Source of the DNA: an uncultured Clostridia bacterium
Lineage (GTDB): Bacteria; Bacillota; Clostridia; Christensenellales; UBA1242
Assembly: GCA_937925475.1 (NCBI GenBank)
Contig: CALEWH010000003.1
Location: 1-56,101 of the forward strand
DNA: 56,101 nt
Reading direction: 5' to 3'
The position numbers and the translations under genes were made by a program. Positions 48,298-56,101 of the stretch are shown in pieces. Within the stretch, counting starts at the first letter, position 1; each line of letters opens with the position of its first letter. Under the pieces are notes generated by a model, which saw only the letters and a program-made list of their open reading frames with translations, was not told where the DNA came from and made no database searches.

Positions 48298-49290
48298 ATG
48301 GAAAATAAAGAAATTGTAAAACCAAAATTATATAAACTATTTAGTTATAAAGAATTTTCGGATATAGAAGACAATATTATAGTAAAAGACGACTTTTTGA
48401 AAATAGGTGAAGTGGGCGAATATTATTTTAAAAAGGCTAAAAAAGAGAATCCAAGAGAGTTTTTGCTTGTGGACGAAAATACCAAAAACTTGCTTACTTA
48501 TGCTACTCTATCGGATAGTTTGCTATCAGAAAATGTTTTGCATATCAATTTTATAACCACTCCAAATAGAGAAATTCGCGGAAAAGGTTATGCAAGCCTT
48601 ATGCTTGATGAAATATGTAAGTATGCTAGAAGTGAAGGTTATCAAAAAGTTCACCTTGACGGTCTAGGCCAAGAAGGCAGATATTTGTACTACAAAAAAG
48701 GATTTTTGCCTGTCGAGAAAGAGTGTATAAATATGGTTTCGATGTACAAAATGCTTAATCAACAAGACTGGGCGTATAGCGTTGTGTTTAACGAAGCCAT
48801 AAAGATTGCAAAGAAAAACAATGTGCGTGTCGGAGATGCTCTACACTATATTGTAAAAAACAATGCTTATGACAATATGTTTCAATATGTTATGTTTGAA
48901 GAAAACGAGTATAAAAACACTAAAAGTGAAGCCAAGAGTAAATATATAGGCTGGTGCAATTATTTTAAGCGAATGTATCTAGAAGATCCATTAATCCCAG
49001 TGCTTAGTGGAATATTTGATGAAGGATTAAAAAAGGGCGATTTGGATTTTAGTAAGACGCTTGGAAAACTCGCAATTGAGAAAAATGACATTTCTTCGGT
49101 CAGACAAAAACTACTTACAAAAAAGTTTGAAAACATCAAAAATGTTGTTGATGGCGTCAATCTTATTAATGATAGCAATGCGTATGAAGAAGCTCAACGA
49201 CAAAGACAAATGTTGAAAAAGTCTTCAAAAACAAAGAATAAGTCAAATAGAAAAAATAAATCGAACGCAAATAAAGATTGTGTTAAATAA
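48298..49290 (+). CDS. GNAT-domain protein with an uncharacterised ~180-aa C-terminal extension and a basic tail
   Basis: REIRGKGYASLMLDEICKYARSEGYQKVHLDG (GNAT motif A). The C-terminal half has no recognisable motif. Tail KKSSKTKNKSNRKNKSNANK. Confidence 0.55.
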   Translation: MENKEIVKPKLYKLFSYKEFSDIEDNIIVKDDFLKIGEVGEYYFKKAKKENPREFLLVDENTKNLLTYATLSDSLLSENVLHINFITTPNREIRGKGYASLMLDEICKYARSEGYQKVHLDGLGQEGRYLYYKKGFLPVEKECINMVSMYKMLNQQDWAYSVVFNEAIKIAKKNNVRVGDALHYIVKNNAYDNMFQYVMFEENEYKNTKSEAKSKYIGWCNYFKRMYLEDPLIPVLSGIFDEGLKKGDLDFSKTLGKLAIEKNDISSVRQKLLTKKFENIKNVVDGVNLINDSNAYEEAQRQRQMLKKSSKTKNKSNRKNKSNANKDCVK

Positions 49291-49305
49291 TTTTTCCAAA
49301 AAATG

Positions 49306-49334
49306 TTGACTTAGTGGGAAGTTTTTTATATAAT
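49306..49334 (+). promoter_or_regulatory. Near-consensus sigma-A promoter upstream of rpmH
   Basis: TTGACT (49306-49311), 17-nt spacer, TATAAT (49329-49334). Confidence 0.65.
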
Positions 49335-49410
49335 AAAATCGCTAATGTAGTAATTAGCGATTTTTTTCAATGAGAAAGGTCGCTTAAAATATAAAAAGGA
49401 AGGGCGAATT

Positions 49411-49560
49411 ATGAAAAGGACTTATCAACCTAAGAAAAAACACAGAATTAAAGTTCATGGTTTTAGAAAAAGAATGCAAACTAAGGGTGGCAGAAATGTT
49501 TTAGCTCGTAGAAGAAATCGTGGCAGAAAACAACTTACACCTACAAACAACTCAAAATAG
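49411..49560 (+). CDS. rpmH: 50S ribosomal protein L34
   Basis: 49 aa, [43 protein letters not shown].... Below the ORF-track cutoff. SD AAGGAAGGG. Confidence 0.95.
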   Translation: MKRTYQPKKKHRIKVHGFRKRMQTKGGRNVLARRRNRGRKQLTPTNNSK

Positions 49561-49620
49561 ATTACACTTTAAGTGCCTAAAACTTAGGCACTTAATTTGT
49601 ATAAAGACAAGGTATATACT

Positions 49621-49968
49621 ATGTTAAACAAAACAAATCGTCTTACAAAAAGAAAGGAATATGGATACATTTACAAGAAAGGTGTTGTGACATACAGCAA
49701 CTTTTTAGTGTTGTACTCTATCCCTACAAATAAGACACATTCGCGCATAGGGTTTTCGATAAGCAAGAAGGTGGGCAAAGCCTTTAAGCGAAACCTTGTA
49801 AAGCGCAGGCTTAGTGAAATAATCAGGTTAAACCTTGACCACCTAAACAGCAAATACAATTATATTATTGTGTGCAAAGAAGGCGTGGCCGAACTTGATT
49901 ATGATACACTATTTGGTCAAGTAAAATATTTGTTTTGCAAGGCCGAAAAGTGGGTAGAAAATGAATAA
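49621..49968 (+). CDS. rnpA: Ribonuclease P protein component
   Basis: [21 protein letters not shown]... basic protein of 115 aa directly after rpmH. Start set to the ATG at 49621. Confidence 0.9.
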   Translation: MLNKTNRLTKRKEYGYIYKKGVVTYSNFLVLYSIPTNKTHSRIGFSISKKVGKAFKRNLVKRRLSEIIRLNLDHLNSKYNYIIVCKEGVAELDYDTLFGQVKYLFCKAEKWVENE

Positions 49969-50236
49969 AGTACTTTATGTAGTATTTTATCCAGTAAGAC
50001 TAATTTGTTATGGTTTGATATATTTATATAAAATTTTCATATCACCACTTATTCCCAAATCCTGCATATACTATCCTACATGTTCGACTTATATGCTCGA
50101 ATGCATAAAAGAATGGGGCATAATAAAGGGTATATATCTAGGTAGTAGACGAATTGCTCGTTGTACTCCTTTCCATAAAGGTGGTGTGGACTTAGTCCCA
50201 ATAAACATTAAAGGAGGAAACAAATGGGTGTTTTAA
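49961..50236 (+). CDS. yidD: Membrane protein insertion efficiency factor YidD
   Basis: [27 protein letters not shown]...[13 protein letters not shown]. Overlaps the rnpA stop. Confidence 0.9.
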   Translation: MNKVLYVVFYPVRLICYGLIYLYKIFISPLIPKSCIYYPTCSTYMLECIKEWGIIKGIYLGSRRIARCTPFHKGGVDLVPINIKGGNKWVF

Positions 50237-51273
50237 ATCTTTTCAACTTCTTACTAGAAGTAAAAGCACCAAAAGGTCTTTGGGCTAGTATCATAAACTG
50301 GCTTGAAGGTGGCATCGGAAACTATGCAGTAGTAATCATTGTGCTTACAATTATGATAAAACTTGTTATGTTGCCGTTTGACCTACTAAACAAATCGTTA
50401 AATTCGAGAAATAGCGCCAAACAAGCGGCTATGAAACCCGAACTTGACAAAATAAACAAGCGTTATGCAAACAACAAACAACTACTTAATCAAAAGACTA
50501 TGGAGTTGTACAAACGCGAACACTTCAATCTATATGGCACTTGTGCTGGTATGCTTGTGTATTTGATATTGACTTTTGTTATTTTTATGACTTTGTTTGG
50601 CGCATTGCGTACAATGAGTAGTTATAAAATACAAGAAGAATTCAAACAACTTCAAACTACCTACACCACTGTTTATACAGATGCTAGCAATAGTTTTGTT
50701 GGCGATGAAGCCGAGAAGGACGCATATTGTACAGATGTTGCTGAAAAAGCAGTTGTGAAAAAGTATGGCGAGATAAAAACTGGATTTCTTTGGATAAAGA
50801 GTATCTGGCGTGCTGACAACTGGTCAAGTGTTGTTCTTGATTACAATTCGTACATTTCCCAAACAAAAACTGACAAAGATACTTTGAGTAAAGCCGACTA
50901 TGACAAAATTATGACCCCAATACATAAAGAGTATAATGGTTGGAATGGTTATTTGATTTTGGCAGTGCTTACTGTTCTTGCGCAAATAGGTACAACTTAC
51001 CTAAACCGCCTTGTAAGCAGGTTGAGACTTAAAAAGAAAGGCATACCATATGTCAAGGGTATAAATGACCCTAGTCAATCGTTAAACATTATTATGCCAC
51101 TTATTATGGGTATATTTACATTGTTCTACACAGCATCATTTGGTATTTATATCTTGGCTGGTGCAGTGTTTACAATGATAACTACCCCACTTACTACTCT
51201 TATTGTTGATTCGATAAACGATAAGAAAGAAGCAAAAAATAAAAATAACAACAAAGTTTCGTACAGTAGATAA
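50224..51273 (+). CDS. yidC: YidC/Oxa1-family membrane protein insertase
   Basis: Polytopic. ...[19 protein letters not shown]... motif. Canonical position after rnpA/yidD. GGAGGA SD. Confidence 0.85.
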   Translation: MGVLNLFNFLLEVKAPKGLWASIINWLEGGIGNYAVVIIVLTIMIKLVMLPFDLLNKSLNSRNSAKQAAMKPELDKINKRYANNKQLLNQKTMELYKREHFNLYGTCAGMLVYLILTFVIFMTLFGALRTMSSYKIQEEFKQLQTTYTTVYTDASNSFVGDEAEKDAYCTDVAEKAVVKKYGEIKTGFLWIKSIWRADNWSSVVLDYNSYISQTKTDKDTLSKADYDKIMTPIHKEYNGWNGYLILAVLTVLAQIGTTYLNRLVSRLRLKKKGIPYVKGINDPSQSLNIIMPLIMGIFTLFYTASFGIYILAGAVFTMITTPLTTLIVDSINDKKEAKNKNNNKVSYSR

Positions 51274-51282
51274 GGAGAAATT

Positions 51283-51996
51283 ATGAGAAAGATAGAAGTT
51301 GTGTCCACATCAGTCGAAAAAGCGATTGAAAAAGGACTTATTATGCTAGGTGCTAGCAAAGAAAATGTTGATGTAAAAGTGCTTGAAGAAAACTCAGTTA
51401 TGAAAAAAGCCAAAATTGAAATGACTGTTTATGCCGAAGGTGAAGAACATATCCCTACTCCACTTCCTGCAAGCAAACCTAAAAAGGTTGTGGTTAAAAA
51501 GATTAAAGAACAAAAAGAATATTCTTATGACCCCGAACAAAACAAACTTGCAATGGACGCTGCTCAAAAATATATGGAAGGATTTTTGTCTGCAACAGGA
51601 TATGAGTACACTTTGAAAGTTGAAGAAGTGGACAAAAATGTTAAAGTAACCGTTGGCGGTGAAAAGATGGGAAACCTTATCGGTTATCACGGCGAAGGTA
51701 TGGACGCTATCCAATTTTTGCTAAATCAATATGTAAAAGATACTGTTGAAGGTTATGAGAGAAAGGTTTATCTTGATATTGAAGAGTATCGCAGTAAAAG
51801 AGAAAATACTTTGAAAGATATGGCTATGCGCCTTGCAGAAAAAGTTGTGAAAAATCGTCGCAGTCTCAAACTTGAACCTATGACAAGTTATGACCGTCGC
51901 ATCATCCACACTACCCTTGCTGAATTGCCACATATCGATACTCACAGCGAAGGAACCGAACCACATAGATATTTGGTTATTGATTATGTAGATTAA
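51283..51996 (+). CDS. jag: Jag/KhpB RNA-binding protein (Jag_N, KH, R3H)
   Basis: KH-like GNLIGYHGEGMDAIQFLLN and R3H motif SYDRRIIHTTLAE. Canonical position after yidC. Confidence 0.85.
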   Translation: MRKIEVVSTSVEKAIEKGLIMLGASKENVDVKVLEENSVMKKAKIEMTVYAEGEEHIPTPLPASKPKKVVVKKIKEQKEYSYDPEQNKLAMDAAQKYMEGFLSATGYEYTLKVEEVDKNVKVTVGGEKMGNLIGYHGEGMDAIQFLLNQYVKDTVEGYERKVYLDIEEYRSKRENTLKDMAMRLAEKVVKNRRSLKLEPMTSYDRRIIHTTLAELPHIDTHSEGTEPHRYLVIDYVD

Positions 51997-52000
51997 AATT

Positions 52001-52022
52001 GACTCCATTTGGAGTCTTTTTT
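52001..52022 (+). terminator. Intrinsic terminator after jag
   Basis: GACTCC-ATTT-GGAGTC followed by TTTTTT. Confidence 0.65.
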
Positions 52023-52201
52023 ATTTCTATTTTAGTTTTTGTATCTGTCGTTGTTTCGTTTATTTTTACGTTTTGTTGACATATATAAACTGATAGTTGT
52101 TATCCCCTATCAAAGATGGTTTTGCGACTTACTGGATAGTGTTTTTTATATTTTACAAAATATGTCTTTCAATTTTTTACACTTGTGCTATAATATATCG
52201 T

Positions 52202-53551
52202 ATGGAAAACACAATAGTAGCAATATCTACACCTATTGGTGTGGGTGGAATTTCAATAGTTAGAGTAAGCGGAGTTGATGCATTAAAGATTGCATCAAAG
52301 GTTTTTTCGTGTAAAACAAAGGTAAGTGATTTTGTACCTAGATATATGTACTTTGGTACTTTCCACTTAAAAAATTACAATGAAAAATGTCTTTGTGTTT
52401 ATTTTAAGGCCCCACACTCGTATACAGGTGAAGATTTGGTCGAATTTCAATGTCATGGCGGGGTCGCCATCACAAAAGAAATACTCACTACTCTACTTGA
52501 AAATGGTTGTAGACTGGCCGAAGGTGGCGAATTTACAAAACGCGCTTTCTTAAATGGCAAAATATCGCTTGACGAAGCTGAAGGTGTAATGGATATAATT
52601 TCAGCAGAAAGTGACAGCGAACTTAAAGCTGGATATAATCTAATGGACGGAAATTTGCACTCTATTGTAAACAAACTACAAAAAGAACTTACAGACACTA
52701 TTGCTTTTTTGGAAGTGGTCTTCGATTATCCCGAACATGATATTGAAGAGATTACTACTAAAAAAGTAAAGTCTCAAATTGAAGATATTAAGCAAAAATT
52801 GGGTGACCTTATTGCGACACATAATACAGGTATGCAAATCAAAAACGGTTGTAGGGTTGTGATTTTGGGTCGACCAAATGTAGGTAAAAGTAGTCTTATG
52901 AATGCTCTTCTAAATTTTGACCGTGCGATCGTAACAGATATACAGGGCACTACTCGTGATACACTTGAAGAAACATATGTTTACAATGGTGTAAAGTTTG
53001 TGCTTACAGATACAGCAGGTGTAAGAGATAGTAAAGACATAGTCGAAAAAATAGGAATAGAAAAAGCAAAAAATAGTATAAAGTCTGCTGATCTTGTACT
53101 ACTTGTACTTGACGGAAGTGAAAAATTAACCAAAGATGATGTAGAGATTATAGATTTGGTGAAAAACAAGAAAGTGTTAGTTATTGTCAATAAGATAGAC
53201 CTTTCTGACAATATTGACATAGATAAATACAATTTCTCTAATGTTTTACGAGTGAGTGCTACCAATAAAACAAATATAGATAAAGTAAAACAAAAGATAT
53301 ATGATATGATAATAGATGAAAATATACTCAGTAGCAATGTTGTCATAACATCGACTAGACACTACTCTATCTTGCGAAAAGCATATAAAGTTTGCGATGA
53401 AATACTTAGCGGAATATTGAGTGGTAATTCGGTTGAGCTTATATCTATCGACTTAAACAATTTGTGGTTGACTTTGGGTGAAATCACTGGTGAAACAAAC
53501 AATGAAGAAATAATCAATTCTATTTTTAAAAATTTTTGTGTAGGTAAGTAA
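52202..53551 (+). CDS. mnmE: tRNA modification GTPase MnmE (TrmE)
   Basis: MENTIVAISTPIGVGGISIVRVSG N-terminus, G1 GRPNVGKSS, G3 DTAG, C-terminal CVGK. The upstream in-frame extension to 52097 looks spurious. Confidence 0.95.
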   Translation: MENTIVAISTPIGVGGISIVRVSGVDALKIASKVFSCKTKVSDFVPRYMYFGTFHLKNYNEKCLCVYFKAPHSYTGEDLVEFQCHGGVAITKEILTTLLENGCRLAEGGEFTKRAFLNGKISLDEAEGVMDIISAESDSELKAGYNLMDGNLHSIVNKLQKELTDTIAFLEVVFDYPEHDIEEITTKKVKSQIEDIKQKLGDLIATHNTGMQIKNGCRVVILGRPNVGKSSLMNALLNFDRAIVTDIQGTTRDTLEETYVYNGVKFVLTDTAGVRDSKDIVEKIGIEKAKNSIKSADLVLLVLDGSEKLTKDDVEIIDLVKNKKVLVIVNKIDLSDNIDIDKYNFSNVLRVSATNKTNIDKVKQKIYDMIIDENILSSNVVITSTRHYSILRKAYKVCDEILSGILSGNSVELISIDLNNLWLTLGEITGETNNEEIINSIFKNFCVGK

Positions 53552-53552
53552 A

Positions 53553-54002
53553 ATGGATAAATGGGATAAAAGGTTTATGGATATGACTACTCTTGTTGGA
53601 TCTTGGAGTTCGTGCTTTAAATCTAATAGGCAAGTTGGCGCTGTGATTGTTAAAAACAAACGCATTCTTACTACTGGCTATAATGGCGCACCAAGTGGAA
53701 TAAGTAGTTGTGTTGAGCGTGGTGAGTGTATTAGAGTTAAAAATGGCATCGAGTCGGGTACTCGTGCTGAGTATTGTTATGCTGTTCACGCTGAGCAAAA
53801 CGCCCTTATTCAAGCGGCAAAACTTGGAGTTAGTGTTGATGGTGCAACCTTGTATTGTACGCACCAACCTTGTTCGATGTGCACTCGCCTTATTATAAAT
53901 GCAGGGATAAAAAGAGTTGTGTATAAAGAAGGGTATCCGGACGAGTTTTCTTTAAGCCTTTTTGCTCAATCTGATGTTGTACTTGAAAAATACGAGGAAT
54001 AA
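53553..54002 (+). CDS. dCMP deaminase (ComEB-type CDA-fold)
   Basis: GYNGAPSG, HAEQNAL, PCSMCTRLIINAGIKRVVY. 149 aa. Confidence 0.85.
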   Translation: MDKWDKRFMDMTTLVGSWSSCFKSNRQVGAVIVKNKRILTTGYNGAPSGISSCVERGECIRVKNGIESGTRAEYCYAVHAEQNALIQAAKLGVSVDGATLYCTHQPCSMCTRLIINAGIKRVVYKEGYPDEFSLSLFAQSDVVLEKYEE

Positions 54003-54003
54003 A

Positions 54004-55869
54004 ATGAAATTTACTAATTATGATGCAATAGTAGTTGGAAGTGGACACGCTGGTTGTGAGGCGTGTCTTGCTCTTGCTAGAAAAGGAATAAAAACATTAT
54101 TACTAACATTAAATTTGGATAGTATTGCTTTTTTGGCGTGCAATCCGTCTATTGGTGGAACTGCTAAGGGTCAACTTGTAAGTGAAATTGATGCTTTGGG
54201 CGGTGAAATGGGAATTATTGCTGATAAAGCGACCATTCAAAGACGAATGTTAAACTCTTCTAAGGGTGCGGCTGTTCAAAGTCTTAGAGCTCAAACTGAT
54301 AAAGTCAAATACCATACTTTGATGAAAGAAGTTTTGGAAAAACAAAAAAATCTTGATATTAAACAAGGTGAAGCCAGTGAAATTTTGGTAGAAAATGGGG
54401 TAGTTGTGGGTTTGAAAACTACTCGTGGCGAAGAATATACTTGTAAAGCGGTGGTTTTGTGTACGGGTGTTTACTTAAATAGCCGTGTAATAGTTGGTAC
54501 TCATATAAAAAATGAAGGGCCAAATGGTTTTGCCAATGCCACCGAACTTACTAAAAACTTGATCAAACTAGGTTTTAAAATCAATCGCTTTAAAACAGGT
54601 ACCCCTGTGCGCATTCATAGAGACAGTGTTGATTATAGTAAGGTTGAAGTGCAAAAAGGTGAGGATGATATACAATGTTTTTCTTTTGTTACTAAGAAAA
54701 AACCGCGTAATGTAGCCGATTGTTATCTTACATATACTACACCCATCACACACAAAATCATTCTTGACAATCTTGATAAGGCTCCTATGTATTCTGGTAT
54801 TATTACATCAGAAGGTCCAAGATATTGTCCAAGTATCGAAACAAAAGTTGTTAGATTTGCTGATAAGGATAGACATCAGTTGTTTCTAGAACCTGAGGCT
54901 CTTACTACTAAGGAAATGTATGTTCAAGGTTTTAGTACAAGTATGCCTGTCGATATTCAGTATGATATGGTTCATTCGGTTATTGGTCTTGAAAATGCTC
55001 ACATTATGAGAGATGCTTATGCGATAGAATATGATTGTATTGATAGTACACAATTATATCCATCTCTTGAATACAAAAATATTCGTGGTATTTTTTGCGC
55101 TGGACAAATTAATGGTACAAGCGGTTATGAAGAAGCAGGTGCACAAGGACTTGTTGCTGGTATAAATGCTGGTCAATATATTTTGAGTGGTGATCCTTTA
55201 ATTTTGAAGCGTAGTGATGCTTATATAGGTGTGCTTATTGACGATCTTGTGACTAAGGGTACAAACGAACCTTATCGAATGATGACATCACGAGCAGAGT
55301 ATAGATTGTGGCTTAGACAAGACAATGCTGACATTAGACTTACAGATATTGGCAGAAAGTATGGACTTGTTGACAAAAAGCGGTATGATGTGTATAATGC
55401 AAAAATGTCGCAAATTAATGAAGTGTTAGAGAAGTCTAAGATTATTCAAGGTGAAAAATCACCGCTAGCAAAGTTATTTAAAGAAGTGAATGAAACCTTT
55501 GTTAAAAATGGCTTGACTATATTTGATGCTATGAAAAGACATAATATATACTTTAATAATATTATTAAGTATTATCCTGAATTTAGCGATTATCCTTGTG
55601 AAGTATTGAATCAAGTAGAAATTATGTCTAAGTACGAAGGATATCTTGCTCGACAAGAAAAACAAATAGAGCAAAGTCTTAAAAATGAAAATGTTAAGTT
55701 AGGTCCTGATATTGACTATAAACTAATCAAAGGCTTGCGAATTGAAGCCCAACAAAAACTTAATGATATCAAACCATTAAGTATTGGCCAAGCTAGTCGT
55801 ATTTCTGGTGTAAGTCCTGCTGATATAGCGGTTTTACTTGTTTATGTTAAAAGCAAAAAGATTAAATAG
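54004..55869 (+). CDS. mnmG: tRNA uridine 5-carboxymethylaminomethyl modification enzyme MnmG (GidA)
   Basis: YDAIVVGSGHAGCEA FAD motif. 621 aa. ATG at 54004 after GAGGAA. Confidence 0.95.
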   Translation: MKFTNYDAIVVGSGHAGCEACLALARKGIKTLLLTLNLDSIAFLACNPSIGGTAKGQLVSEIDALGGEMGIIADKATIQRRMLNSSKGAAVQSLRAQTDKVKYHTLMKEVLEKQKNLDIKQGEASEILVENGVVVGLKTTRGEEYTCKAVVLCTGVYLNSRVIVGTHIKNEGPNGFANATELTKNLIKLGFKINRFKTGTPVRIHRDSVDYSKVEVQKGEDDIQCFSFVTKKKPRNVADCYLTYTTPITHKIILDNLDKAPMYSGIITSEGPRYCPSIETKVVRFADKDRHQLFLEPEALTTKEMYVQGFSTSMPVDIQYDMVHSVIGLENAHIMRDAYAIEYDCIDSTQLYPSLEYKNIRGIFCAGQINGTSGYEEAGAQGLVAGINAGQYILSGDPLILKRSDAYIGVLIDDLVTKGTNEPYRMMTSRAEYRLWLRQDNADIRLTDIGRKYGLVDKKRYDVYNAKMSQINEVLEKSKIIQGEKSPLAKLFKEVNETFVKNGLTIFDAMKRHNIYFNNIIKYYPEFSDYPCEVLNQVEIMSKYEGYLARQEKQIEQSLKNENVKLGPDIDYKLIKGLRIEAQQKLNDIKPLSIGQASRISGVSPADIAVLLVYVKSKKIK

Positions 55870-55963
55870 AGTATTTTTATATACATTGGTATTATATTAT
55901 TTTTATATTTATATTATATTGATAGAATGTCGTCGTAGTAATAATAACTATTCTATAAAGAGA

Positions 55964-55979
55964 TGTTTCACGTGAAACA
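55964..55979. other. parS site (perfect 16-bp palindrome TGTTTCACGTGAAACA), embedded in the mnmG terminator hairpin 55957-55994
   Basis: Matches the Firmicute parS consensus TGTTNCACGTGAAACA. The flanks AAAGAGA/TCTCTTT extend the palindrome to 30 bp, followed by TGTTTTTT. Confidence 0.8.
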
Positions 55980-56040
55980 TCTCTTTTGTTTTTTATTTGA
56001 TTATTAGAAATTGATTATTTGATAATCGCTTGTGTCTAAT

Positions 56041-56056
56041 TGTTTCACGTGAAACA
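56041..56056. other. Second parS site (TGTTTCACGTGAAACA)
   Basis: Identical 16-mer starting 77 bp downstream of the start of the first site. Confidence 0.8.
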
Positions 56057-56101
56057 CATAAGGCCTTGTATTATAGGCTTATATTGCTAGTTTTGTTTGT
56101 G

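Noticed and set aside
52097-52201. N-terminal 35-aa extension of mnmE offered by the ORF track
   Set aside because: The extension starts at a non-ATG codon and is hydrophobic nonsense. It overlaps the promoter-like region. The conserved MnmE N-terminus begins at the ATG at 52202.

Overview
This 56.1-kb window is AT-rich and gene-dense. It looks like a low-GC Bacillota-type chromosome (standard genetic code, no UGA recoding seen) and spans the replication-origin region. Genes left of about 44.3 kb are almost all on the minus strand. Genes to the right are all on the plus strand.

The origin neighbourhood has a non-canonical order: gyrA <- small MazG-like ORF <- gyrB ... | recF -> dnaA -> (DnaA boxes + AT-rich spacer) -> dnaN -> GNAT-fusion ORF -> rpmH -> rnpA -> yidD -> yidC -> jag -> mnmE -> dCMP deaminase -> mnmG -> two perfect parS palindromes.

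The left 43 kb is housekeeping and accessory metabolism:
- an ABC exporter module, queH, tmk, tdk, pepF, rdgB, degV, radC, asnA, guaD, lepB, ychF and uppP
- an ECF sigma/anti-sigma pair
- five GNAT genes, one of them broken
- two PAP2 paralogues
- tRNA-Gly(CCC) and tRNA-Arg(UCG)
- several orphan ORFs

I found no integrase, transposase, CRISPR array, rRNA or recognisable defence genes.

The signals most worth follow-up are all invisible in the >=60-aa ORF track:
1. A 27-codon leader ORF with seven consecutive Asn codons, followed by two intrinsic terminators and a second Asn/Lys-rich mini-ORF, immediately upstream of asnA. This is a candidate ribosome-mediated asparagine attenuator.
2. A 240-bp-period composite tandem repeat at the left edge. 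It is built of hairpin modules with a conserved apex and divergent stems.
3. A 15-mer, AAATTGTCGnAAATT, that recurs exactly in three intergenic regions. At one site it sits inside four phased 10-bp repeats.
4. A 205-aa protein with about 36 Cys in CxC repeats.

All calls rest on reading the sequence and the ORF translations by eye. No database search or folding program was run.
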